The notes: generated by a model from the letters alone, not told the origin. A stretch of DNA of 64,000 nt from an uncultured Sangeribacter sp. (GCA_964421525.1 CAYQXG010000002.1:367-64366), one strand, 5' to 3'; positions 9,193 to 18,625 are shown, counted from the first letter of the stretch. Program-made: numbers and translations.

Positions 9193-10278
9193 ATGGAAGA
9201 GATAAGACTAATGAAGGGAAACGAAGCGATTGCCCATGCTGCCATCCGATATGGGTGCGACGGGTATTTCGGCTATCCAATCACCCCTCAGTCAGAAGTG
9301 CTCGAAACGTTGGAGGCTCTGATGCCGTGGGAGACCACCGGCATGGTTGTGCTGCAAGCAGAATCAGAAGTTGCCGCCATCAATATGGTTTATGGCGGGG
9401 CCGCTACCGGTAAGGCGGTCATGACTTCATCATCTTCTCCCGGTGTAAGCTTGAAGCAGGAGGGGATCTCATTTATTGCTGCATCTTCGCTTCCTGCACT
9501 CATACTCAACGTAATGCGTGGAGGTCCGGGACTTGGCACTATCCAACCCTCGCAAGCCGACTATTTCCAGGCTGTAAAGGGTGGAGGTCATGGTGATTAC
9601 CATTTGATAGTTCTGGCACCGTCTTCAGTTCAGGAAATGGCAGATTTTGTTGGACTTGGTTTCGATCTTGCTTTTAAATATAGAAATCCTGCCATGATTC
9701 TTGCCGATGGATTGGTTGGGCAGATGATGGAGAAAGTCGTACTTCCTGAGCAACGTCCGCGCCGTACCGATGAAGAAATTCGCGAACAATGTCCTTGGGC
9801 AGCTACCGGTCGAGTTGGCGGTAGAAAACGCAACGTTGTGACTTCGCTTGAACTTGAATCTGCCAAAATGGAAATCATCAATGAACAACTTCAGGCTAAA
9901 TACCGGGATATAGAAGCCAACGAGACACGTTGGGAAGAAATTGATACGGAAGATGCCGATTATTTGATCATATCTTTCGGATCGATTGCCCGCATCTCTA
10001 CTAAAGCCATGGAACTGGCCAGAAAGGAAGGTATTAAGGTTGGACTTATCCGTCCTATTACGCTTTGGCCTTTCCCGGCAGAGGCAATACGTAGGGCTGC
10101 TGAAGGAAAGAAAGGAATCTTGGTGGTTGAAATCAATGCCGGTCAAATGATTGAGGATGTTCGTCTCTCAGTCCACGATTCATTGCCGGTCAAGCATTTC
10201 GGCAGGATGGGAGGAATCATCCCAAGTCCGTCAGAGATAGTCACAGCCTTGAAGGAAAGGATAGTTGAACCTAAATAG
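9193..10278 (+). CDS. vorB: 2-oxoisovalerate:ferredoxin oxidoreductase alpha-type subunit (VorB)
   Basis: GNEAIA, GYPITPQSE, QAESEVAA, TSSSSPG, RGGPGLG. Confidence 0.9.
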   Translation: MEEIRLMKGNEAIAHAAIRYGCDGYFGYPITPQSEVLETLEALMPWETTGMVVLQAESEVAAINMVYGGAATGKAVMTSSSSPGVSLKQEGISFIAASSLPALILNVMRGGPGLGTIQPSQADYFQAVKGGGHGDYHLIVLAPSSVQEMADFVGLGFDLAFKYRNPAMILADGLVGQMMEKVVLPEQRPRRTDEEIREQCPWAATGRVGGRKRNVVTSLELESAKMEIINEQLQAKYRDIEANETRWEEIDTEDADYLIISFGSIARISTKAMELARKEGIKVGLIRPITLWPFPAEAIRRAAEGKKGILVVEINAGQMIEDVRLSVHDSLPVKHFGRMGGIIPSPSEIVTALKERIVEPK

Positions 10279-10290
10279 TCTATAAGAAAC

Positions 10291-11058
10291 ATGGACATAA
10301 AAGATATTATCCGCCCTGAAAACAAAGTTTACAGTGCCCCGGAACTACTTGATGAAGTCAATATGCACTACTGTCCGGGCTGTAGCCACGGTGTGATTCA
10401 TAAATTGGTGGCAGAAGTAATAGCTGAGCTCGGTATTGTGGATCGCACCGTAGGTGTTTCACCCGTAGGATGTGCAGTGTTTGCCTACAACTATATAGAT
10501 TGCGACTGGATTGAGGCCGCGCATGGCAGAGCTCCTGCAATAGCTACCGCAGTCAACCGTCTGTGGCCTGACAACGTTGTATTCACCTATCAGGGCGATG
10601 GTGATATGTCGGCTATTGGTACTGCAGAGACCATTCATGCAGCCAACCGTGGTGAAAATATAGTGATGATATTCGTCAATAATGCCATATATGGCATGAC
10701 TGGTGGCCAGATGGCTCCCACAACACTGCTTGGGCAAAAGACCTCAACATCGCCCTATGGACGGCGTGTTGATCTAAACGGGCATCCTCTTGAGATAACC
10801 AATCTGCTGAAAGAACTTGATGGTACGTGCTATGTAACACGTCAAAGCGTTCATACTCCAGCCAATGTCCGCAAGACAAAGGCAGCCCTGAAGAAGGCTT
10901 TTAAGAATGCCATGGAGAAGAAAGGAACAAGTGTTGTAGAAGTGGTTTCGACCTGTAATTCCGGATGGAAGATGAGCCCTGAGAAGGCCAATGAGTGGAT
11001 GGCACAGAATATGTTTGATAAATATCCGCTTGGCGAATTGAAGAACGTAGACGAATAA
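10291..11058 (+). CDS. 2-oxoacid:ferredoxin oxidoreductase beta (TPP-binding) subunit
   Basis: YCPGCSHG, GDGD...NNAIYGMTGGQ TPP motif. Confidence 0.92.
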   Translation: MDIKDIIRPENKVYSAPELLDEVNMHYCPGCSHGVIHKLVAEVIAELGIVDRTVGVSPVGCAVFAYNYIDCDWIEAAHGRAPAIATAVNRLWPDNVVFTYQGDGDMSAIGTAETIHAANRGENIVMIFVNNAIYGMTGGQMAPTTLLGQKTSTSPYGRRVDLNGHPLEITNLLKELDGTCYVTRQSVHTPANVRKTKAALKKAFKNAMEKKGTSVVEVVSTCNSGWKMSPEKANEWMAQNMFDKYPLGELKNVDE

Positions 11059-11069
11059 GGACTGAAGAC

Positions 11070-11615
11070 ATGAAAACAGAGATTATAGCAGCCGGTTTTG
11101 GAGGACAGGGAGTTCTCTCTATGGGAAAGATACTCGCTTATTCCGGACTTATGGACAATAAGGAGGTGACGTGGATGCCCTCATACGGACCGGAGCAACG
11201 CGGTGGCACAGCCAACGTAACCGTGATTCTGAGCGATGAGAAAATTTCTTCACCGGTGCTTGACACCTACGATATCGTGATTGCCCTCAACCAGCAGAGT
11301 CTTGACAAGTTCGGACCTAAGGTGAAGCAAGGTGGTATTCTGATCTATGACACCAACGGTATTCACAAGCATCCTGACCGCAAGGATATCAACATATATC
11401 CTGTAGAGGCGATGGACGCTGCTCTTGAACTTGGAAATTCAAAGGCCTACAATATGATTGTGCTTGGAGTTTTGCTTGAGGCTATGGAATATAAGATTCC
11501 TATGGAAAACGTGGTCAAAGGTCTTAAGAAGTCGCTTCCCGAGCGTCATCACAATCTTATTGAAGTCAATAAGCAGGCGATTGAAAAAGGAAAATCTATA
11601 TTGAACAAGTCTTAA
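11070..11615 (+). CDS. 2-oxoacid:ferredoxin oxidoreductase gamma subunit
   Basis: GFGGQG, SYGPEQRGG, NMIVLG. Confidence 0.92.
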   Translation: MKTEIIAAGFGGQGVLSMGKILAYSGLMDNKEVTWMPSYGPEQRGGTANVTVILSDEKISSPVLDTYDIVIALNQQSLDKFGPKVKQGGILIYDTNGIHKHPDRKDINIYPVEAMDAALELGNSKAYNMIVLGVLLEAMEYKIPMENVVKGLKKSLPERHHNLIEVNKQAIEKGKSILNKS

Positions 11616-11664
11616 GTCTTTAGGTAATAAACTTTAAGTTTTCAAAAGAAGACTTGGCATAGGT

Positions 11665-11713
11665 AAAAAATTGAGGCGGATCCCGGGATGACCGGACTTC
11701 CGCCTCAATTTTT
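11665..11713. terminator. Bidirectional intrinsic terminator
   Basis: AAAAATTGAGGCGGA...TCCGCCTCAATTTTT between convergent operons. Confidence 0.85.
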
Positions 11714-11728
11714 AATATTTGTTCTTTA

Positions 11729-14350
11729 TTATTTTATTGTTTGAAGGATCGATGACAGTTTCTCTCCAATTCCAATAGTGTAGCCTTGGGATAGAAATAC
11801 AACACGGTTGAAGGTGTCGGCAATGATGATTATTGGAAGATCAGAAGATGAAATATTTAGACCTTCCATTATGGAGTCGCGTATCGTATTGCCGGTGTCA
11901 CATCCAAGGCTTACAACTTCCGGAACATCTGGGAAAGCTAACATGTCGATATTATAACCATTACGATCCGAATCTTCAGAAAGGAATATAATTGGGCGGC
12001 CGCAGTTTTCTAAAGCTTGCTTTGCTTGAGCTATGTCGCGAATCACATGATTGGATGGTTCGTGGTTTGCTTTCAGAAGCGCCAGTACATAATATCCACG
12101 TCCGGTAGTTGACAGAATGGAAGATTCTTCTTCAGAGTTTTGAGGTAGATATTTACTTTCAGAGTCAAAAGATCCGATCACCTGAACTTTATTGTCATCA
12201 TGTCTTATTGTTAATGGTAATTTTACTGTATCTGTATCGAGCTTCACAGTTTCCATTCTGGCAAGAACTCCCCCATCTGCCATGCGTTGCCCGGTGACAA
12301 CAAGATAATTACCGTAATCGAGCCACTCCCCTTTCCCAAATGTCTCGGAAAGAGCTATGAAATCAGGATAGTTAAGCAAGACCGGTTCTCCATTGGAAAT
12401 CTTTGAGACAGTGAAATTAGAATAGTATTTGGGGTCAGGTATTATCGCAGTCTGAGTATAATCTATTTTTATCAAGCCTTGTTGTCCTGCTGTTGAAACC
12501 GGGGTATCTGCTGAAAATATTGCATCTATCCAATTCCCTGACTTGTCAGCCCATTGGGTTTTTCCTGTCACAGCATCAATTCTTGCCGGAATACCGAATG
12601 AGCGGGCACCGGCTACAAAAAACAAATCTCTTGATTTTGTGGAAGTGTTCCGGTTTTTCCATACAGATTCAGGACTCATCGTAATCTGTTGGGGATACCA
12701 TGTCTGATCAGTGGCAATGTTATCGGCCACCCATTTCACCCAATTCTCCGGATTAGTCCTGTATCCTGTTGCATCCTCGGTCGGAATGACACTTTCGAAA
12801 AAACTTCTGTAAGGAGTCAGCTCCTCCATGTCGATACGCGGCGACATTACGTAAGGCGCGAATAGTTCACCTGTGTTGAAATCAGTGGCACGGAGATGAT
12901 CGGTCAATACATCCATTGTCACATCGCTGAGATCCTTTTCTGTCAGAGATTGAAGCAACGATATGGCCTTAGAGCGGTCTCCCATGCCACTTTCTGACAG
13001 AAAAGAACGGATTGTCGTATGGTTGCCTCTCGCCTTTTTCATTATATTTGCCCAGGAATTCGGCTCTACGCCCATTTTTTCAGCCAACTGATATGATTCC
13101 TCATCTTTTGGAAAAGTTGCCATATATGCGCTTCTGAGGGCATCCTCTGATTTAAGACGTGCATCGTTACGGGCTTTTTCGTTGTCGTTGACAATGGTCT
13201 CGGCATTTCTGCCGACAGGAGGAACAATGTCAAGTTCGGCAAAAAGTGGTGAGTCTGATGTTTTGTCAAGCACAATATTTATGTTCTTCTCTTTGCCGAC
13301 GGAGCATTTGCCAAATCCGAAATAATTACCGTCAGTGACCCATATAAGCAGGTCGCCCAATCCTGCGATCAACGAAGCGTTTCCTTTGTTGTCTGTTATC
13401 TTCTCGGCTATAGGATAGAACTCCGCATAGTTATAGAGACGGAACGTTGCCTTTGCTTCGACTGCCGGTTTCCCATTCGGATATGTAGCGGTTACTGTGA
13501 TTGTATCCACCGGGGCATAGTTGTCGGTAACATTTATGAAAGTGATTCCTTCAATTTTTTCGAGTTGCTCCTCTCCACCGGAATAATTGCCGAATACACG
13601 TGCGTGCATGAGCATGCCGCGTGAAGCAGGGGAGTTAAACCAACCAAGATTTAATATCGGTTCCGGTTCACAGGCGCCAAGGAAATACCACTCTCCGTCA
13701 GCCCATGCCTCGACCCATGCATGATTATCGTCGGTGTGTGCCCAACGTGGAGTATATACTTGCCGAGCGGGAATCCCAACCGACCTGAGTGCTGCGACAG
13801 TAAAAGTGGATTCTTCGCCACATCTGCCGATTGCAGAACTAACTGATTGCAGTGGGGAGTGTGTCCGTCCATCTGAAGGCTGATACGTCACCTTTTCATG
13901 GCACCAATGGTTTACTTCCAAAATGGCATCTTTCATCGACAATCCCTTTACCCTATCCCTAAGTTCTGCGTAAAATTCAGGACGGTGACAGTCCAGAGCC
14001 TCGTTGTTTACGCGGATTGGAAGCACAAAATGGCGAAATAAAGTATCATCGACAGTCTTTCCCCAAGGCATTTCAGCACGTGCATTTAAAGCCGGATCCA
14101 CGACGTATTCAAGATAATATTCGGGAGAACGGTCTGTCATGTCGGGTAGCGGCATATATGTATATAGCATCTTGAGACAATCTTCCTGGTCTTTTGTGAG
14201 TTTTTTCTCTTCAATACTAAGTCCACCGGCATTTTCAATCACGCATAGCCTGCTTTTGAAATCATTTTCTATTTCAGGAGTTATGATTGCTGCTTCCAAG
14301 CTTGTTGCTATCCCTACGATGAGAGACAATGTGGCAAATATATACTTCAT
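11729..14350 (-). CDS. Secreted transglutaminase-like domain protein (NGLY1/PNGase-like catalytic region; degenerate second copy; C-terminal thioredoxin-like segment)
   Basis: Signal peptide; GRCGEE...RSVGIPAR...NHAWVE...LGACE; second ARSFGIPARI repeat lacking Cys. Confidence 0.8.
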   Translation of the reverse strand: MKYIFATLSLIVGIATSLEAAIITPEIENDFKSRLCVIENAGGLSIEEKKLTKDQEDCLKMLYTYMPLPDMTDRSPEYYLEYVVDPALNARAEMPWGKTVDDTLFRHFVLPIRVNNEALDCHRPEFYAELRDRVKGLSMKDAILEVNHWCHEKVTYQPSDGRTHSPLQSVSSAIGRCGEESTFTVAALRSVGIPARQVYTPRWAHTDDNHAWVEAWADGEWYFLGACEPEPILNLGWFNSPASRGMLMHARVFGNYSGGEEQLEKIEGITFINVTDNYAPVDTITVTATYPNGKPAVEAKATFRLYNYAEFYPIAEKITDNKGNASLIAGLGDLLIWVTDGNYFGFGKCSVGKEKNINIVLDKTSDSPLFAELDIVPPVGRNAETIVNDNEKARNDARLKSEDALRSAYMATFPKDEESYQLAEKMGVEPNSWANIMKKARGNHTTIRSFLSESGMGDRSKAISLLQSLTEKDLSDVTMDVLTDHLRATDFNTGELFAPYVMSPRIDMEELTPYRSFFESVIPTEDATGYRTNPENWVKWVADNIATDQTWYPQQITMSPESVWKNRNTSTKSRDLFFVAGARSFGIPARIDAVTGKTQWADKSGNWIDAIFSADTPVSTAGQQGLIKIDYTQTAIIPDPKYYSNFTVSKISNGEPVLLNYPDFIALSETFGKGEWLDYGNYLVVTGQRMADGGVLARMETVKLDTDTVKLPLTIRHDDNKVQVIGSFDSESKYLPQNSEEESSILSTTGRGYYVLALLKANHEPSNHVIRDIAQAKQALENCGRPIIFLSEDSDRNGYNIDMLAFPDVPEVVSLGCDTGNTIRDSIMEGLNISSSDLPIIIIADTFNRVVFLSQGYTIGIGEKLSSILQTIK

Positions 14351-14374
14351 TTTCTTATGCTGAGCGTGTTATGG

Positions 14375-15124
14375 TTAGTGAATAGAATTGTCGTGCACTA
14401 TATTGGCTATTTCCCTGACAATGTCTTCAGAGGTGGTTGCCCGGGAATATTCATCAACACCTGGGGTTCCCATACAAACATTATCATTTCGGTATGTCAT
14501 GGTTGATTTGATTGTAGTCTTGGCCGAAGCATGGATTTCGTCGGCTCCGGTTAGATCCATTATTTGCTTGACATTGTCATGATTTATGCCACCTGCCGCG
14601 ATAAAAGAGATTCCGGAGAAGTCTTTTACCAGATTGTGAATAAGATCAGCGCCTGCCAGAGCGGCTTGAGCCTGTCCGGAGGTAAGAATATGATCGAATC
14701 CGAGATTGATGATTTGTTTGGCAGCGTCTTGTGGATTTCGGCACATGTCGAAAGCCCTATGGAACGTGCGGTGAAGACCTTCTGAAACTTTTATCATTCG
14801 TCGACAGTTCTCTACGTCGATACTTCCGTCAGGAGTCAGCGCGCCCAGCACCACTCCATTCACGCCCAGCTTAAGACAAGTGTCGATGTCGCTGAGCATG
14901 GTGAGAAATTCCGACTCGGAATAGATGAAGTCTCCCGATCTTGGACGTATCAGAACGTTAACTTTAATTCCAGGCACTTTGAGAGCTTCAGTTATCATGC
15001 CTATCGAGGGGGTGAGTCCTCCTTCGCTGAGGGCACAGCACAGCTCGATTCTATCTGCACCACCGGCAGCTGCTGCCGACACACTGCCTATATCGGCAGC
15101 GCATATTTCGAGTATAGGCTTCAT
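14375..15124 (-). CDS. cutC: CutC-family TIM-barrel protein
   Basis: LEIC, GADRIELC, GGLTPS, IRPRSGDF, TFHRAFD, ILTSG. ATG at 15124 sits 1 nt after the fucosidase stop. Confidence 0.93.
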   Translation of the reverse strand: MKPILEICAADIGSVSAAAAGGADRIELCCALSEGGLTPSIGMITEALKVPGIKVNVLIRPRSGDFIYSESEFLTMLSDIDTCLKLGVNGVVLGALTPDGSIDVENCRRMIKVSEGLHRTFHRAFDMCRNPQDAAKQIINLGFDHILTSGQAQAALAGADLIHNLVKDFSGISFIAAGGINHDNVKQIMDLTGADEIHASAKTTIKSTMTYRNDNVCMGTPGVDEYSRATTSEDIVREIANIVHDNSIH

Positions 15125-15125
15125 G

Positions 15126-16433
15126 TCAGGATAGAGGGGCATCGAGTTCCACAATATAGTCTATAGCCGAAGGCACTTCGTCAAGATGGAGCATTATGCC
15201 ATCGCCCTCCTTCGAAAACCGAATTCTTTCACCAGACTTATATTCACGGGCACTTCTTACATTCCCTTTTGCCGGAACAAATATATGCTTGGATTCGGGA
15301 TTTAATATATGCACGAAAAGACGATCTCCCTTACGGGTCGACGTTCCCCATGATTGTGCAGGGAAGTCACTTTCCGACGTAGCATATATGGTCTCGCCAT
15401 ATAAATTCATCCATTCTCCCATCTCTTTGAGCCTTTCAAGAGCGGCAGCGGGAAGCTCGCCATTTGCCTGCGGGCCAATATTGAGGAGGAGGTTCGCACC
15501 CATACCTGCAGTCTTTACAAGATACCTGATAAGAGTAGGGGTGTCCTTGTAGTTTTGATCCATTATCTTGTAGCCCCACATTCCGTTCATGGTCTGGCAT
15601 GTCTCGAGTGGTAGGCGTGAAATTTCCTGGCCGGATAAGCCGGCGGTATTCTCGCCCGGTATGTCACGTTCAAAAATCTGTATGTCTTCACCCGGGAAAG
15701 GAGTCTGGTGGTGATTGTTGCCGATCAAGCATGAAGGCTGCAACGAATGGATAAGGTCATATTGTTGCTGCAGTTGCCAGTCAAATGGAGTGGTATCCTC
15801 ATCGTGGTCCCACCAGCCGTCAAACCATATTGCACCGATATCTCCATATCCTGTCAAGAGCTCTGTGAGCTGACGGTTCATGAAGTCATAGTATTGAGGC
15901 CAGTTCTGTTTTGAAGAGTCTCTTCCTGTAGATTTTCCGGTTCTTCCTAACGGATAGTCAGGCCGGGTCCAGTCAAGATGGGAATAATAGAAATGCAGCT
16001 TGATCCCCTGCTCCTTACATTCGTCGGCAATCTCCTTAAGGATATCCCTTTGGAATGGAGTCGCATCCACTATATTATAGTCAGATTGAGCAGTGTGCCA
16101 CATCGAGAATCCATCGTGATGTCGAGAGGTTATACATATATATTTTGCACCGGAATCCTTGATTGCCTTTACCCATTGGCGGGCGTTGAAATTTGCAGGA
16201 TAAAAACCGGAAGCGGCCTTGGCATATTCTTCCGCAGTCGGGCCATAGTTCAGATACCACTCTCCTTGTCCGAACATGCTGTAAATCCCCCAATGCAGGA
16301 ATATACCGAAACGGTTGTCGGCAAATTCTTTCTGAGCCTTTTTTATTTCTTCCGTCGGTGTATATTGGGGTGTTACTGCCGATGCTGTCAAAAGGGTAAT
16401 AAGAATAGTAATCAGCGATAAGCACTTTTTCAT
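15126..16433 (-). CDS. Alpha-L-fucosidase, GH29
   Basis: FGIFLHWG, HHDGF, WFDG nucleophile, NLLLNIGP; signal peptide. Confidence 0.93.
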   Translation of the reverse strand: MKKCLSLITILITLLTASAVTPQYTPTEEIKKAQKEFADNRFGIFLHWGIYSMFGQGEWYLNYGPTAEEYAKAASGFYPANFNARQWVKAIKDSGAKYICITSRHHDGFSMWHTAQSDYNIVDATPFQRDILKEIADECKEQGIKLHFYYSHLDWTRPDYPLGRTGKSTGRDSSKQNWPQYYDFMNRQLTELLTGYGDIGAIWFDGWWDHDEDTTPFDWQLQQQYDLIHSLQPSCLIGNNHHQTPFPGEDIQIFERDIPGENTAGLSGQEISRLPLETCQTMNGMWGYKIMDQNYKDTPTLIRYLVKTAGMGANLLLNIGPQANGELPAAALERLKEMGEWMNLYGETIYATSESDFPAQSWGTSTRKGDRLFVHILNPESKHIFVPAKGNVRSAREYKSGERIRFSKEGDGIMLHLDEVPSAIDYIVELDAPLS

Positions 16434-16435
16434 GA

Positions 16436-16852
16436 TTATTGGCGTTTGGCTATTAAATATTGAACGAAAAGAAAACCTGCAGCTACAAGGAAAGATCCGG
16501 CAAAATCAGCCACGAGATCCCATTCATCGCCGGATCTCCCTAATTGCATTGAATCCTGCAGGATTTCAGTGGCGATGCCGGTCAGGCATGGTACTACAGG
16601 GGCAAACAGGCATGTTTTAATTGTATAGGGGTAGGGTGGCCAGTCTCTGCGGCGGCACCAGTCGATTATGATGCAGAGAGTGAAACCTCCAAACATTATG
16701 GCATGGGCTATCTTGTCGGCACCCGGAAATAAGGGGATTTCGTTGTCGCCAAGAGGCTTTGGTGCGAGGGTTAGCCAACATATTGCGAGAAGGCAGAGCA
16801 TGGATAGAAGCCATGGTGGTAGATTTTGGAGGAGACGCTTGATTTTTTTCAT
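16436..16852 (-). CDS. VanZ-family membrane protein
   Basis: DKIAHAIMF, EILQ, GRSG..D..AD motifs; hydrophobic helices. Confidence 0.85.
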   Translation of the reverse strand: MKKIKRLLQNLPPWLLSMLCLLAICWLTLAPKPLGDNEIPLFPGADKIAHAIMFGGFTLCIIIDWCRRRDWPPYPYTIKTCLFAPVVPCLTGIATEILQDSMQLGRSGDEWDLVADFAGSFLVAAGFLFVQYLIAKRQ

Positions 16853-16894
16853 AAAGAGGGGAGTGCTATTGATAGAGGAGTGTCAATGTAATGA

Positions 16895-16929
16895 AAAATC
16901 CAATTCCATGATTCATGAAATTGGATTTT
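16895..16929 (-). terminator. rpsO terminator
   Basis: AAAATCCAATTCCATG-ATT-CATGAAATTGGATTTT hairpin just downstream of rpsO. Confidence 0.7.
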
Positions 16930-16954
16930 GTGGTTGCAGTCAGGTAAATCCGAA

Positions 16955-17230
16955 TTATCTGCGGATACCGAGTTCCTTCTTGGCAATAATCGCACGGTAA
17001 CGGTTGATGTCCTTGCGATAAAGATAGTCGAGAAGGCTGCGGCGCTGACCTACGAGAGCTTTAAGTGCACGTGCGGTAGTATAGTCCTTGTGATTGCTCT
17101 TAAGGTGCTCAGTGAGGTGCTTGATACGGATTGAGAAGAGTGCGATCTGGCTTTCGGGGCTACCGGTATCGTTTTTGCCTTCGCCATACTTCTCGAAGAT
17201 AGCCTGCTTTTCTTCAGTTGAAAGATGCAT
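16955..17230 (-). CDS. rpsO: 30S ribosomal protein S15
   Basis: DTGSPESQIAL, HLTEHLK..HKD, LVGQRRSLL.YL. Confidence 0.97.
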   Translation of the reverse strand: MHLSTEEKQAIFEKYGEGKNDTGSPESQIALFSIRIKHLTEHLKSNHKDYTTARALKALVGQRRSLLDYLYRKDINRYRAIIAKKELGIRR

Positions 17231-17269
17231 TTTGTTGAGAGTTTAAAGGTTAAAATTTATTTTGCTTTT

Positions 17270-17325
17270 CTTTAAAAGGGATGGCGCAGGGTCTCTCTCC
17301 CTTATGGTGCGACAACCTTTTTTCA
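17270..17325 (-). ncRNA. Putative S15 autoregulatory leader
   Basis: AAAAGGTTGTCGCA/TGCGCCATCCCTTTT outer stem with inner AGGG-AGAGAGA-CCCT hairpin in the rpsO 5'UTR. Confidence 0.55.
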
Positions 17326-17335
17326 AAAAGCGATG

Positions 17336-17367
17336 CAAAGTTAATGAAAATTTTTGATAATGGCAAA
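17336..17367 (-). promoter_or_regulatory. rpsO promoter
   Basis: TTTG-N20-TAACTTTG, consensus Bacteroidetes promoter. Confidence 0.85.
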
Positions 17368-17401
17368 TATTTTGCGTTTTCCGTCGGCCGTTTCCTGTTT
17401 T

Positions 17402-18613
17402 TCAGATGGTATTGGATTTCAGGAGCCGGAGGTCGGAGCCGGAGGGTGATTGGTAGATGCTGAGCCCAAATTCTCTTACACATGCATAAACATAGTCGAA
17501 AATATCAGCCTGTAGACGCTCGAAGGCTCCCCATGAGGTGATTTTGGAGAAAAAGTAGAGTTCAAGCGGTAGCCCTTGAGGGGTTGGCTGCAATTGTCGC
17601 ACCATTAGGAACACGGCGGGGTCCGGATGTTTGTGCACTACGTCGGGATGTGATGCGAGATAGCGGATAAGATATTTTCGGAAAAGGGAGAGATTCACTT
17701 CCTGTTTTGCATGCATGAGCGCATGTTCGGTTATAAACCCCTTTTGCATCAACCTTTCAATTTCATCATTGGTCAGAAAACGTATTGAATCAAAATCGAT
17801 ATAAATTGAACGTGCGACACGTCGGGCCCCAATCTCGCGCATGTTCTGATAGTTTCGGAATGAATCGCTGATGAGCGTATAGGGGTGGATAGTTACAATT
17901 GAATTGTCCCAGTTGCGAACTTTCACAGTAGTAAGCTTGATCTGCTGCACTTCACCGTTAGCTCCCGCTTTGTCGCAGATGATCCAGTCTCCTTTCTTAA
18001 GCATATTATTGAGAGTAAGCTGCACGCCACCGACAAAACCTTTGATTGTGTCTTGAAATACGAGCATCAGCACAGCAGCCGATGCCCCGAATCCGGTGAG
18101 CACCATTGTCGGCTTTTTGTCGAAAAGGATACTAAGTGAAATGATTATACCGACAATTACGAGAATCAGATTCATAGCACCCTGGATCACGGTTAGGTTG
18201 TGTTCATTCGCCTTGTCTCGTTTTTCAAAAGCCTCCACCGTATTAGACATCAACTTAGACAGAAGATTTATGATGGCATAAACGATATAGACCTGTGTGA
18301 GTTTCTCAATAATATCCACTCCCCATTCATGATTGGAAACAGCCTTGGGCAGTAGCCAAGCCAGAATGAGGGCAGGAGCAAGTTGCGAGAGGGCTCTCAT
18401 TGCGGCATCGTTAAGGATGTCGTCATCCCATTCTGTCTCAGTCTTTCTGGTTAGAAAATGGGTGAGAGGTGTCACTATCCTAATGCAAAGGAAATAAGAA
18501 GCAACTGAAATAAGGGCTATAACAAAAATCAGAGTTGGCGTGATCAAAGTGTTTGCAGTTTCGGGTGCAAACCAAGAATAAAGCAGATCGTAAATCCAGT
18601 ATTTCAGTTCCAT
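17402..18613 (-). CDS. Small-conductance mechanosensitive channel (MscS/YbdG-like)
   Basis: GASAAVLMLVFQDTI, GDWI, LTTVKVRNWD, QPTPQGLPLELY. Confidence 0.92.
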   Translation of the reverse strand: MELKYWIYDLLYSWFAPETANTLITPTLIFVIALISVASYFLCIRIVTPLTHFLTRKTETEWDDDILNDAAMRALSQLAPALILAWLLPKAVSNHEWGVDIIEKLTQVYIVYAIINLLSKLMSNTVEAFEKRDKANEHNLTVIQGAMNLILVIVGIIISLSILFDKKPTMVLTGFGASAAVLMLVFQDTIKGFVGGVQLTLNNMLKKGDWIICDKAGANGEVQQIKLTTVKVRNWDNSIVTIHPYTLISDSFRNYQNMREIGARRVARSIYIDFDSIRFLTNDEIERLMQKGFITEHALMHAKQEVNLSLFRKYLIRYLASHPDVVHKHPDPAVFLMVRQLQPTPQGLPLELYFFSKITSWGAFERLQADIFDYVYACVREFGLSIYQSPSGSDLRLLKSNTI

Positions 18614-18625
18614 TCTATACCAATA

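Noticed and set aside
16955-16990. S15 appears two residues longer near its C-terminus (IIAKKELG)
   Set aside because: Small in-frame difference with no functional evidence.
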